Positions 24,238 through 31,949 of a stretch of 32,000 nucleotides of DNA are shown here, piece after piece (within the stretch, counting starts at the first letter, position 1; the number at the start of each line of letters is the position of its first letter). Below the pieces are notes generated by a model. The model had not been told where the DNA came from, did not search any database, and saw nothing but the letters and a program-made list of their open reading frames with translations. The stretch comes from Candidatus Velamenicoccus archaeovorus. GTDB lineage: Bacteria > Omnitrophota > Gorgyraeia > Velamenicoccales > Velamenicoccaceae. Position numbers and translations under genes: made by a program. Where the stretch lies: NCBI RefSeq assembly GCF_004102945.1, contig NZ_CP019384.1, positions 1,942,202-1,974,201 on the forward strand. Reading direction: 5' to 3'.

Positions 24238-24789
24238 TTATCTTTTTTTATTCAGGAGGCGCAAGGCCTCGGCCACGATCTCTTGCGGCTCGCACATGCG
24301 GCCCACCCCGTCCCGGCCGCAGGCCAAGCGGCCCTCCCGCGGGCCGATGAACGCATAGCCGATCTTCTTGAGTTTTGCGATATTCTCCTGGGTGATCGGA
24401 TGGCGATACATGCCGTCATTCATCGCCGGCGCCAAAAGAACGGGGGCCTTTGTGGCCGTCACGATGCAGCCTAAAAAATCGTCGCAAATTCCTGAAGCGA
24501 GCTTGCCGATCACATTGGCCGTGGCCGGCGCGACCAGGACCAGATCAGCCTCGTCGGCGAGCGAAACGTGTTCCACGTCCCAGCTCTCAGGCATATCGAA
24601 CATGCCGCGATACACCTTGTTGCGCGAGAGCGTCTGCATTGTCAGGGGCGTCACGAATTCTTCGGCCTCGCGCGTCATGACGACGTGGACGCACGCGCCT
24701 GCACGGACGAGGGCGCCGGCGATCTCCGCCGCCTTGAACGCCGCGATACTGCCCGTCACTCCCAGGACAACGCGTTTCGCCTGTTTCAT
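24238..24789 (-). CDS. coaC: phosphopantothenoylcysteine decarboxylase (stand-alone CoaC flavoprotein, no fused CoaB half)
   Basis: 183 aa. VVLGVTGSIAAFKAAEI...VAPATANVIGKLASGICDD...PAMN are typical flavoprotein motifs. The ORF ends 1 nt before tRNA-Cys, so no CoaB domain follows. Confidence 0.85.
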   Translation of the reverse strand: MKQAKRVVLGVTGSIAAFKAAEIAGALVRAGACVHVVMTREAEEFVTPLTMQTLSRNKVYRGMFDMPESWDVEHVSLADEADLVLVAPATANVIGKLASGICDDFLGCIVTATKAPVLLAPAMNDGMYRHPITQENIAKLKKIGYAFIGPREGRLACGRDGVGRMCEPQEIVAEALRLLNKKR

Positions 24790-24998
24790 TTTGCCTCGGC
24801 TTTAGGTGCCCCCAGCTCGACCTTGTCTTCCGCAATCTCCAGCATCGCCAGCGTCGTGATCTTGGTATCCTGCGGCGCTTCGACGAGTTTCGATGACCCT
24901 TCTGCCAACTCCAAGGCCCTTTTGGAAGCCAGCATCACAAGCTTAAACATACTTCCGTGGCTCTTATCGATAAGACGTTCCAATGGTACGTAGGACAT
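24786..24998 (-). CDS. rpoZ: DNA-directed RNA polymerase omega subunit
   Basis: I chose the start MSYVPLERLIDKSHGSMFKLVMLASKRALEL. AAGGAGGA precedes this ATG. The gmk-rpoZ-coaBC synteny is conserved in many bacteria. Confidence 0.88.
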   Translation of the reverse strand: MSYVPLERLIDKSHGSMFKLVMLASKRALELAEGSSKLVEAPQDTKITTLAMLEIAEDKVELGAPKAEAK

Positions 24999-25226
24999 AT
25001 TCCTCCTTGTTCTCGGCACCTAAACTCTGTCTTCGGCACCTGCCTGTCCGGCCTTGCCCTGCCGAAGGCGGGGCAGTCCAAGATAGGCGCGTGCCACCGG
25101 GCCGACACGTCAAAGTCTCGCTTAACCTTTAATAAAAAGCAAGGGAAGCGCTTCGACCTCGGCCCGCCTCACCCTCTCGGCGGGCGCGTCCGCTGAAAGC
25201 GAGACCTCGTCGCCTCTGGCGACGGG

Positions 25227-25853
25227 CTAAACGTGTTGCGGCTTATTCGCCGCAACAGCGACCTCGCATGATTTTGCCGCCAAGATGGCCTTCAGCTGAT
25301 CGAGCGCCTCGTCGAAGACGTCGTTAACGACAACATAGTCGTATTGCCCCATATGAGAAAGCTCTATTTTAACACGCTTGAGCCGTTTTTCTATGTCTTT
25401 TTTGCCCTCTGTGGATCGTCGGCAAAGGCGCCGTTTGAGCGCCTGGATATCCGGCGGCACGACGAAGATCGACGTCACACGCGCGCGCCCCAGATTGCGG
25501 CGCACGGTCTGGGCCCCTTTGACATCGATGCAGAGCAAAACGTCCTTATGCCGGCGGCCGGCCCGGGTCAGGACCGCCCGCGGTGTGCCGTAATAAGCGC
25601 CGAATATCTTCTCGTATTCCAAAAAGGCCTTTTTCTTCAACAGACCCAGAAAAGCCGCTTCGGAAATCCTGGTATAATCCCTCCCTTGTTTCTCTTGCGG
25701 CCGCAAAGGCCGTGTCGTCGCGGAAACGGAGCGCAACAACCTTCTCTTCCAGAAAGGATCCCGCAGCAGCGCCGCGCACAGCGTCGTCTTGCCGGACCCC
25801 GACGGACCAGAGACGATCCAGACCCTCGGCCCCTGCAGGGCTTTATTCGACAT
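25227..25853 (-). CDS. gmk: guanylate kinase
   Basis: 208 aa with P-loop GPSGSGKTT, TTRPLRPQEKQGRDY and FLEYEKIFGAYYGT. Confidence 0.93.
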   Translation of the reverse strand: MSNKALQGPRVWIVSGPSGSGKTTLCAALLRDPFWKRRLLRSVSATTRPLRPQEKQGRDYTRISEAAFLGLLKKKAFLEYEKIFGAYYGTPRAVLTRAGRRHKDVLLCIDVKGAQTVRRNLGRARVTSIFVVPPDIQALKRRLCRRSTEGKKDIEKRLKRVKIELSHMGQYDYVVVNDVFDEALDQLKAILAAKSCEVAVAANKPQHV

Positions 25854-26664
25854 TCTGCACCTGTTCGCGGATCTTTTCGATCTGGTCCTTGATCATGACC
25901 ACCTGATAAGCCACGTGTTTTTCCTGCACCTTGGCGCCCAGCGTATTGATCTCGCGCTGGAGCTCCTGCGCGATGAAATCCAGGATCTTGCCCTTGGGGC
26001 CGTTCATCCGGATGTGCTTCTGGAAGCTGCTCAAGTGAAAATCGATACGCGTCATCTCCTCGCCGACGTCCGTCCCTCTCAAAAAACTCTCCAGCTCGTC
26101 GGGGCTCATCACTTTGCGGTTGGCTTCAATGACGTCGTGCACCTGTTTTCTGATCATCGCCATTTTTGTGCCGATCGCCTTGATGCACCGCTCAAGGTCT
26201 TTGCGCAGGGCCGCGCCTTCGCGCCGCTTCATCTCGACGAGACAACCCAGGGCCTCGTTGAGGGCCCCCGTCAAAAGCGCCTCCTTCTCCCGGAAACGCA
26301 GGTCTTCCTTGCGGTAACTCAAGACCCCGGGCAGGGCGACGAGCGACGAGACGCTGATATGGTCGCCAAGCTTGAGCCTGCGCCCCAGGCCTTCCAAGAC
26401 CTTGTAGTATTTATCGACGAGCTTCTCATTCAAAACGATGTCTTCGACGGCCTCGTTGATGTGCGTCACCGATACCGTCAGCCGGCCGCGTTTGATCTTT
26501 TTCAAAATGCGCGTGCGAAAATCGCCCTCCAGGTGCTCGAAGGCCGGCGGCAGATGGAATTGCGTCTCGCAGTAACGATGGTTCAGTGATTTGATCGTGA
26601 CGATAAAACGCTCGCCCTTCTTTTCGGCCTGGGCCTGCCCGAATCCTGTCATGCTGACAATCAT
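25843..26664 (-). CDS. yicC: YicC-family protein (stress-induced endoribonuclease family)
   Basis: I chose the internal start MIVSMTGFGQAQ. The C-terminal DFIAQELQREINTLGAK is the DUF1732-type motif. The ATG overlaps the ndk stop (ATGA). Confidence 0.88.
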   Translation of the reverse strand: MIVSMTGFGQAQAEKKGERFIVTIKSLNHRYCETQFHLPPAFEHLEGDFRTRILKKIKRGRLTVSVTHINEAVEDIVLNEKLVDKYYKVLEGLGRRLKLGDHISVSSLVALPGVLSYRKEDLRFREKEALLTGALNEALGCLVEMKRREGAALRKDLERCIKAIGTKMAMIRKQVHDVIEANRKVMSPDELESFLRGTDVGEEMTRIDFHLSSFQKHIRMNGPKGKILDFIAQELQREINTLGAKVQEKHVAYQVVMIKDQIEKIREQVQNVE

Positions 26665-27164
26665 ATCCACGCCCTTTTCTCTTTTGACTCGACGACCGTC
26701 CTTGTCGGATAAAGATCGACGATGATCTCGTCGGGTTCGAACCACAGCTTGATCTCGCGCTCCGCGTCCTCGGGGATCGCCGAGACATGGACCACATTCT
26801 CATAGACGCCGCGCGTCGTGATGCGGCCGTAAGACCCCCTGATGGAGACGGAATCGGCCTCCTCGGGATTTGTCGCTCCGGCAAGAGAACGGCACTTGGT
26901 GATGGCGCCCTCCCCCCAGTAAATCAGCGCCATGACCTTCCGGCGGTCATGAAATTCACCCATCAGGTAGCGCAGGACGTCCTCGAAAAAAGGCTTGTCC
27001 TTCAGGTGCCGGTAATGTTCTGCGGCCAACTCGCGCGACACCCGCACCATCTTGGCCGCGACGATCTCAAGCTTTGTCTCCGACAGCCGCGTCAGGATAT
27101 TCCCCGTCAGCGACCGCTTCAGGCCGTCGGGCTTGATCAAAATCAATGTTGCCTGCGTCTCCAT
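26661..27164 (-). CDS. ndk: nucleoside-diphosphate kinase
   Basis: 167 aa with TLILIKPDG, the catalytic-His region NVVHVS and GATNPEEA. Confidence 0.88.
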   Translation of the reverse strand: METQATLILIKPDGLKRSLTGNILTRLSETKLEIVAAKMVRVSRELAAEHYRHLKDKPFFEDVLRYLMGEFHDRRKVMALIYWGEGAITKCRSLAGATNPEEADSVSIRGSYGRITTRGVYENVVHVSAIPEDAEREIKLWFEPDEIIVDLYPTRTVVESKEKRAWI

Positions 27165-27211
27165 TCAATCCTCGCTTTTTTAGGACTTTAATGATATAAG
27201 GCCGCTTCTGT

Positions 27212-28114
27212 CTATCCCTGCTTCTTCAAAATCTTCAGGATCCTTTCGCGGTCCTCGTCGGAATAATATTCGATCTGGATCCGCCCCCGCTTCTTCGATG
27301 CGACGATCCGCACCTTTGTCCCCAGGATGCGCTGCAGCTGACTCTCCATATCCGCGATGTAGGGATCCTTGTCTTTTTCCGCGCGTTTTTTCTTAAGGGA
27401 TACGGGCTTGATCGAAGCCACATGATTTTCTAACTCTCTGACAGACAACGAGTTAGATAAAACAAGCTGCGTGAGCTTGATCTGCTGCGCGACGCTGTCA
27501 AGCCCCAGCAAAACCTTGCCGTGGCCGAAAGAAAGCTTGCCGGATGAAATGGCCTTCTGGACCTCCGCCGGCAGCGTCAGGAGCCGCAGGACATTGGCGA
27601 CGGTGGAGCGGTCCTTGCTGACGGCGCGCGCAACCTCTTCCTGCGTCAGAGAGAAATCCTTGGTGAGCCTGTGGAATGCGTGCGCCTCTTCCATAGGATT
27701 GAGTTCCTGGCGCTGGATGTTCTCGACGATGGAAAGGACGAGCGCCTCCTGGTCCGTCGTGTCGCGGATGACGACGGGGACGCGCGGCAGTTTCAGCTCG
27801 ACGGCCGCGCGGAAACGCCGCTCTCCGGCGATGATCTCAAAAGAATCTCCCTGCCGGCGCACAAGGATCGGCGCCAAAACCCCTTTTTCTTTTATCGAGG
27901 CGGCGAGTTCTTTGAGTTGCTCGGCGTCGAAGTTCGTCCTCGGCTGATACTTGTTGGGGACCAGCCTTGCCGTCTCGACGAAAGTCACGCCTTTGTCTTC
28001 GCGGCCGGCCGCCGCCTTGACCTCAAGCGGGATCTCTTTTTTCAAGACGTCTTCTACCGAGCGTCCTCCGGAGATCAGCGCCGACAATCCTTTTCCCAAA
28101 GCCTTCTTTTCCAT
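27212..28114 (-). CDS. parB: chromosome partitioning protein ParB/Spo0J
   Basis: 300 aa with ALGKGLSALI, the ParB box IIAGERRFRAA and an HTH region. Confidence 0.93.
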   Translation of the reverse strand: MEKKALGKGLSALISGGRSVEDVLKKEIPLEVKAAAGREDKGVTFVETARLVPNKYQPRTNFDAEQLKELAASIKEKGVLAPILVRRQGDSFEIIAGERRFRAAVELKLPRVPVVIRDTTDQEALVLSIVENIQRQELNPMEEAHAFHRLTKDFSLTQEEVARAVSKDRSTVANVLRLLTLPAEVQKAISSGKLSFGHGKVLLGLDSVAQQIKLTQLVLSNSLSVRELENHVASIKPVSLKKKRAEKDKDPYIADMESQLQRILGTKVRIVASKKRGRIQIEYYSDEDRERILKILKKQG

Positions 28115-28944
28115 TAGCTATTCTCCGTCTCCGGCTGATTTGATTCCGCCGCTAAAGGGACCTCGTGAGAAACCTGCTCCCCCGTTCCTGTACCCAGGAC
28201 TTCTTTCGCCAGTGCGCCGTACTTTTGGGCGCCGATAGAGCTTTTGTCGTATTCATAGATCGATTTTCCGAACCCCGGCGCCTCAGACAACCTGATGCTG
28301 CGCGGGATGATCGTCTCGAAAACGCGGTCGCGGAAAAAATTTCTCGTCTCGTTGATCACCTCTGAAGTCAGGTTCGTCCTGAAATCAGCCATCGTCAAAA
28401 GGACCCCTTCGATTTCAAGGATGGGATTAAGGTTCTCTTTGATGAGGTTGATGGTCTTGGTCAACTGACCCAAACCTTCAAGCGCATAATACTCGCATTG
28501 AACAGGAATAATGACGGAAGTTGCTGCAACTAAAGAATTTAGAGTAAGAATCCCAAGGGATGGCGGGCAATCTATGATCACGTAATCGAAAGTGTCTTTA
28601 ATCGCATCCAGACTGCGTTTAAGCCTGACCTCCCTTTGCGCCTCCTCGACCAACTCAACCTCGGCGCCGATAAGATCGATGTTCGACGGAATAAGAAAAA
28701 GGTTCTCAACCTTTGTCTTGAGGACAACATCTTTTGCCTCGACATGGTTGATCAGAATGTGGTAAAGGGATTTCTCAATGGAGTTTTTGTCGATACCCAG
28801 GCCGCTGGTCGAATTTCCTTGCGGATCCGAGTCGATCAAAAGGACGCGGTGGCCTTCCAGGGCGAGATAGACGGACAGGTTGATAGATGTTGTGGTCTTG
28901 CCTGTCCCCCCTTTTTGGTTGCAAACAGCGATGATTTTTGACAT
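28114..28944 (-). CDS. parA: chromosome partitioning ATPase ParA/Soj
   Basis: 276 aa. The deviant Walker A is NQKGGTGKTTT, followed by LIDSDPQGN. Its stop overlaps the parB start. Confidence 0.93.
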   Translation of the reverse strand: MSKIIAVCNQKGGTGKTTTSINLSVYLALEGHRVLLIDSDPQGNSTSGLGIDKNSIEKSLYHILINHVEAKDVVLKTKVENLFLIPSNIDLIGAEVELVEEAQREVRLKRSLDAIKDTFDYVIIDCPPSLGILTLNSLVAATSVIIPVQCEYYALEGLGQLTKTINLIKENLNPILEIEGVLLTMADFRTNLTSEVINETRNFFRDRVFETIIPRSIRLSEAPGFGKSIYEYDKSSIGAQKYGALAKEVLGTGTGEQVSHEVPLAAESNQPETENS

Positions 28945-29411
28945 TATCTGGAATGTTTTTTAAAAGCCCTGCTCTTTTGATTTAAGGCAGACAGTCGCCC
29001 GGCGAGATTCTCAAGGGCTTCTTTATCAACATTTCCGTAATGCTGGCGTTTATATAGAACGAGGTCTTTCCACGCCAGATATACTTCTCTTTTCTTGCCT
29101 TGTAACTGGTACTCGTCAAAATGGGTTATGATATTTTCTAGATCGCCTGTTTTCGTGGTTCGAAAATAAACACTCTCCTTCGTATGCCCGCTATTTTTCG
29201 TCGGGACAGCCTCCTTGCCAAAATATATATTTCCAACGTCTCCAAAAAATTTCTTTATGTTGAGCACGACGTCCTGGTTATCTTTTCTCTGTCTGAGAGA
29301 AAAATAAACGGTGACTCCCCCCGAAGGCGACCTGCTGTAAGTAAAGGCCGCTTCTCCGTCGCAAAATCCTGTAACATACCAAGGATCCAAGCTCCTGGAT
29401 TCTTCGCTCAT
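28944..29411 (-). CDS. free-standing single-motif LAGLIDADG-family homing endonuclease-like protein
   Basis: 155 aa. The N-terminal WYVTGFCDGEAAFTY matches the LAGLIDADG-type helix (xxGFxDGEGxF). The size fits a homodimeric single-domain enzyme. GAGGA precedes the ATG. The stop overlaps the parA ATG (TAATG). GC is lower than in neighbours (23-28 of 60 in three lines counted). Confidence 0.75.
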   Translation of the reverse strand: MSEESRSLDPWYVTGFCDGEAAFTYSRSPSGGVTVYFSLRQRKDNQDVVLNIKKFFGDVGNIYFGKEAVPTKNSGHTKESVYFRTTKTGDLENIITHFDEYQLQGKKREVYLAWKDLVLYKRQHYGNVDKEALENLAGRLSALNQKSRAFKKHSR

Positions 29412-29470
29412 TAATATTCCTCAAATCAGCGTTCGCGTTTGGAGAATGAGCTTGTTTTTGAGCTAGAATT

Positions 29471-29528
29471 GTTCCAGTTGGAACACGTTCCCCGTGGAAC
29501 ATTTTACCAAACCGGGGTGTAATTTCAA
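29471..29528 (-). promoter_or_regulatory. sigma70-type promoter plus twin GTTCC-N4-GGAAC palindromes upstream of the LAGLIDADG gene
   Basis: Minus sense: TTGAAA (29528..29523), a 16-nt spacer, TAAAAT (29506..29501). Next come GTTCCACGGGGAAC (29500..29487), GT, and GTTCCAACTGGAAC (29484..29471). The -35 overlaps the jag stop codon. Confidence 0.5.
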
Positions 29529-29734
29529 GTTTTTTTCTTATTGCCTTTAACGGCTACACAGGCGAGGATCTTTGCGGGTTTAGCGCCGCTCATGCCAAAG
29601 AGCCCCTTCTGCTCCTCGGCGACAACCTTGATTTGAAGCTGTTTCCTGGAGACCTTTAATATGCTCGAGGCCTTCTTAACAGCTTCTTCGACTGTCCTTC
29701 CTTCAACCTCTATTTCACTATTGATATTTTCCAT
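29525..29734 (-). CDS. Jag/KhpB N-terminal domain protein only (KH and R3H domains absent)
   Basis: 69 aa. IEVEGRTVEEAVKKASSILKV...GLFGMSGAKPAKI is typical of the Jag_N domain. It holds the canonical position after yidC, and its start overlaps the yidC 3' end by 25 nt. Confidence 0.7.
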   Translation of the reverse strand: MENINSEIEVEGRTVEEAVKKASSILKVSRKQLQIKVVAEEQKGLFGMSGAKPAKILACVAVKGNKKKT

Positions 29735-31269
29735 TGGAATATGAGCATGAGCAGGCTATTGACAAGCCAGTACAGGACGAGTCCGGACGGCATCTTGTAG
29801 AACAAAAATCCGAAAATGACCGGCATCATAATAGCCATCATTTTTTGCTGTTCTGCCGTCGATCCGGTAGCATTGCTCGACCCCATAGAGACCTTTTGTT
29901 GCAGAAACATGACTCCGGCCATTAAAAGCGGCAATAAATTGATCTCGTTGCCTATCACAGGCAAGGCATTTGGTAAAGCAATAAGCCTGTCCGGGGAAGA
30001 CAAGTCCTTAATCCAGAGAAAACCAGCCCCCCTCAATTCCGGCAATCTCAACAAGAGTTGATAAAGAGAAAAGAAAACAGGTATTTGCAAGAGCATCGGG
30101 AAACACCCGCCCAGGGGATTGATTTTTTCTTCTTTATAAAGCTCCATTGTGGCCATCTGGAGCTTTTGTGGATTATCTTTAAATTTAATCTTGAGCTCTT
30201 CGATCTTCGGCTGCAAGGCCTGCATCTTCTTCATCGAGGCCATACTTTTATAAGACAAGGGGAAAAGGATAAAATAAATGAGCGTTGTCACCAAGATGAT
30301 AGCGAATCCCCAGTTGTGGACAACCTTGTGGATGACTGTGAGTAAAAACAAGATTGCCTTGGCGATCAAATCAAAAAATCCGAAATTGACAATGCGCTCC
30401 GCATTTAAACCAACAGCACTTAATCTTTTCTCATCTTGAAGTCCCACATATACTTTGAATACATTTTCAATGGAATTAGATGCCGGCTTTTTTTCGTTCT
30501 TGATGTGAAACATCAAATATGGTGTTTTATCCTGAGATTTTATAACTCCTTCTTCTACAATAAATTGTGGAGAAAATACGACACAGAAATACCTGTCCCT
30601 CAAACCCGCCCAATCGATCTTTCCATTGATGTTTACAGAGTTTTTCAGACCAAACACAGACTTTCTGGATACAATATTTCGAACCTGATAAGAACCTTCA
30701 AAATAGCGTTGACTAATCGGATCCGTCTTTCCCGAATCGGATAAAGCGCCTATTAAAATATCATAACTATTTGATTTTAAATAAGTTATATTATTTATTG
30801 AGATGGTCAATTCAATGGTGCCGTCATCTTTGATTCGGTACGTCTTGCTGATCTCCGCGCCCTCTTGTGTTAAATATGAAAATCCTATCCCTTTTGGCAA
30901 CAATGTTTTAGAAAATAAAAATCCGGACCATTGTGGAACCAGGCCAATATCTTTTAAATCCAGCTCGACATTGAGTTTTTTATCAAAAACTGACTTTATG
31001 TACCCGCCTTTAAAGGAAAACTCAAAAACAAGATCTCCGTCTTCAAATTTATATAACTCGTTCTTGTTAAAAGATTTATCTGCTATTTTTACTTGTTGGG
31101 TCTTCGGTTCTTCTATGAGAGCCTTGGCTTGAACTGTTTCGCGGGTAACCGGGGAAGAAAATTCCATATCCTCTTTATTTGCAATTGGTTTTGTCTTTGG
31201 AACAATTGCAGAATAAGCCACAAGGACAAGAAAAGATAAAAGAAGAGCTATAAAAAATCGCTTTTCCAT
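29710..31269 (-). CDS. yidC: membrane protein insertase YidC (long form with periplasmic P1 domain)
   Basis: 519 aa. The conserved C-terminal core contains NPLGGCFPMLLQIPVFFSLY and YKMPSGLVLYWLVNSLL. GC is markedly low (17-30 of 60 in seven lines counted). Confidence 0.93.
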   Translation of the reverse strand: MEKRFFIALLLSFLVLVAYSAIVPKTKPIANKEDMEFSSPVTRETVQAKALIEEPKTQQVKIADKSFNKNELYKFEDGDLVFEFSFKGGYIKSVFDKKLNVELDLKDIGLVPQWSGFLFSKTLLPKGIGFSYLTQEGAEISKTYRIKDDGTIELTISINNITYLKSNSYDILIGALSDSGKTDPISQRYFEGSYQVRNIVSRKSVFGLKNSVNINGKIDWAGLRDRYFCVVFSPQFIVEEGVIKSQDKTPYLMFHIKNEKKPASNSIENVFKVYVGLQDEKRLSAVGLNAERIVNFGFFDLIAKAILFLLTVIHKVVHNWGFAIILVTTLIYFILFPLSYKSMASMKKMQALQPKIEELKIKFKDNPQKLQMATMELYKEEKINPLGGCFPMLLQIPVFFSLYQLLLRLPELRGAGFLWIKDLSSPDRLIALPNALPVIGNEINLLPLLMAGVMFLQQKVSMGSSNATGSTAEQQKMMAIMMPVIFGFLFYKMPSGLVLYWLVNSLLMLIFQWKISIVK

Positions 31270-31273
31270 ATTT

Positions 31274-31483
31274 TTATTCGATGGGGTCGTGGCCGCCGGG
31301 AGAAAAAGGGTGACAACGCAACAGCCTCCGGATTCCCAGCAGGCTTCCGCGCAGGCAACCGTATTTCTCTACAGCCTGAAGGAAATACTGAGAACAGGAG
31401 GGCACAAAGCGGCAACAATGCGGGACCAAGGGAGAACACACGCGTTGATACCCTTTAATGAGCGCCGCGAGAATATTTCTCAT
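31274..31483 (-). CDS. yidD: membrane protein insertion efficiency factor YidD
   Basis: 69 aa. YQRVCSPLVPHCCRFVPSCSQYFLQAVEKYG...RLLRCHPF is family-typical. Confidence 0.9.
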   Translation of the reverse strand: MRNILAALIKGYQRVCSPLVPHCCRFVPSCSQYFLQAVEKYGCLRGSLLGIRRLLRCHPFSPGGHDPIE

Positions 31484-31487
31484 GGCG

Positions 31488-31625
31488 CTAGACGGTCAAC
31501 CTGTGTCTGCCCTTCTGCCGTCTGGCTTTCAAGACCAGCCTGCCCTTTTTGGTCTTCATCCGACGACGGAATCCATGCCTGCGCTTTCCGACGATCTTGG
31601 TTGGTGTCTTCAAATGATATTTCAT
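31488..31625 (-). CDS. rpmH: 50S ribosomal protein L34
   Basis: Below the ORF-track cut-off. My translation is [45 protein letters not shown] (45 aa). Its stop lies 4 nt before the yidD ATG. Confidence 0.93.
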   Translation of the reverse strand: MKYHLKTPTKIVGKRRHGFRRRMKTKKGRLVLKARRQKGRHRLTV

Positions 31626-31634
31626 AGTCCGGAA

Positions 31635-31662
31635 ATTATAACACACGCCGTGGTGAAGTCAA
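31635..31662 (-). promoter_or_regulatory. sigma70-type promoter for rpmH, implying a very short or absent leader
   Basis: Minus sense: TTGACT (31662..31657), a 16-nt spacer ending TGt, TATAAT (31640..31635). Only 9 nt (TTCCGGACT) then precede the rpmH ATG. No Shine-Dalgarno sequence is present. Confidence 0.6.
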
Positions 31663-31769
31663 GATTTTTGTATTCACCGCCGAGGCTGGCCTGGATTTTT
31701 TCTGGGCCGTAACCTTAATGCCGTGAGTCTGTTTTTTCCTTCTCCGTTTTCCGCCGCGTTAAAATTTTC

Positions 31770-31798
31770 TTGCATTGTCCTTCGGCCGCGATTATAAT
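31770..31798 (+). promoter_or_regulatory. sigma70-type promoter firing rightward (probably toward dnaA beyond the window)
   Basis: TTGCAT (31770..31775), a 17-nt spacer, TATAAT (31793..31798). It is divergent from the rpmH promoter. Confidence 0.5.
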
Positions 31799-31919
31799 GA
31801 AAACCCTTGGCGGCATGGTCGGCGGAAATTCCTGGCCGGCCAATAAAAACAGCGTCTGCCCGCCGGGAGGATGAAATTGCCCGTCTCCCGTCGGGACAAG
31901 AAGGGAAGGCAGGGCCCCC

Positions 31920-31949
31920 TGTGGATAACCCTGTGGACGCTGTGAATAA
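31920..31949 (+). promoter_or_regulatory. cluster of DnaA-box-like 9-mers
   Basis: TGTGGATAA (31920..31928) is a perfect complement of TTATCCACA. TGTGGACGC (31932..31940) matches 6/9 and TGTGAATAA (31941..31949) matches 8/9. All share the same orientation. Confidence 0.55.

Noticed and set aside
25080-25096. Sigma54-like TGGCAC-N5-TATCT in the gmk-rpoZ spacer.
   Set aside because: The -24 GG element is good, but the -12 element lacks the conserved GC (TATC instead of TTGC). No enhancer-binding protein context is visible.
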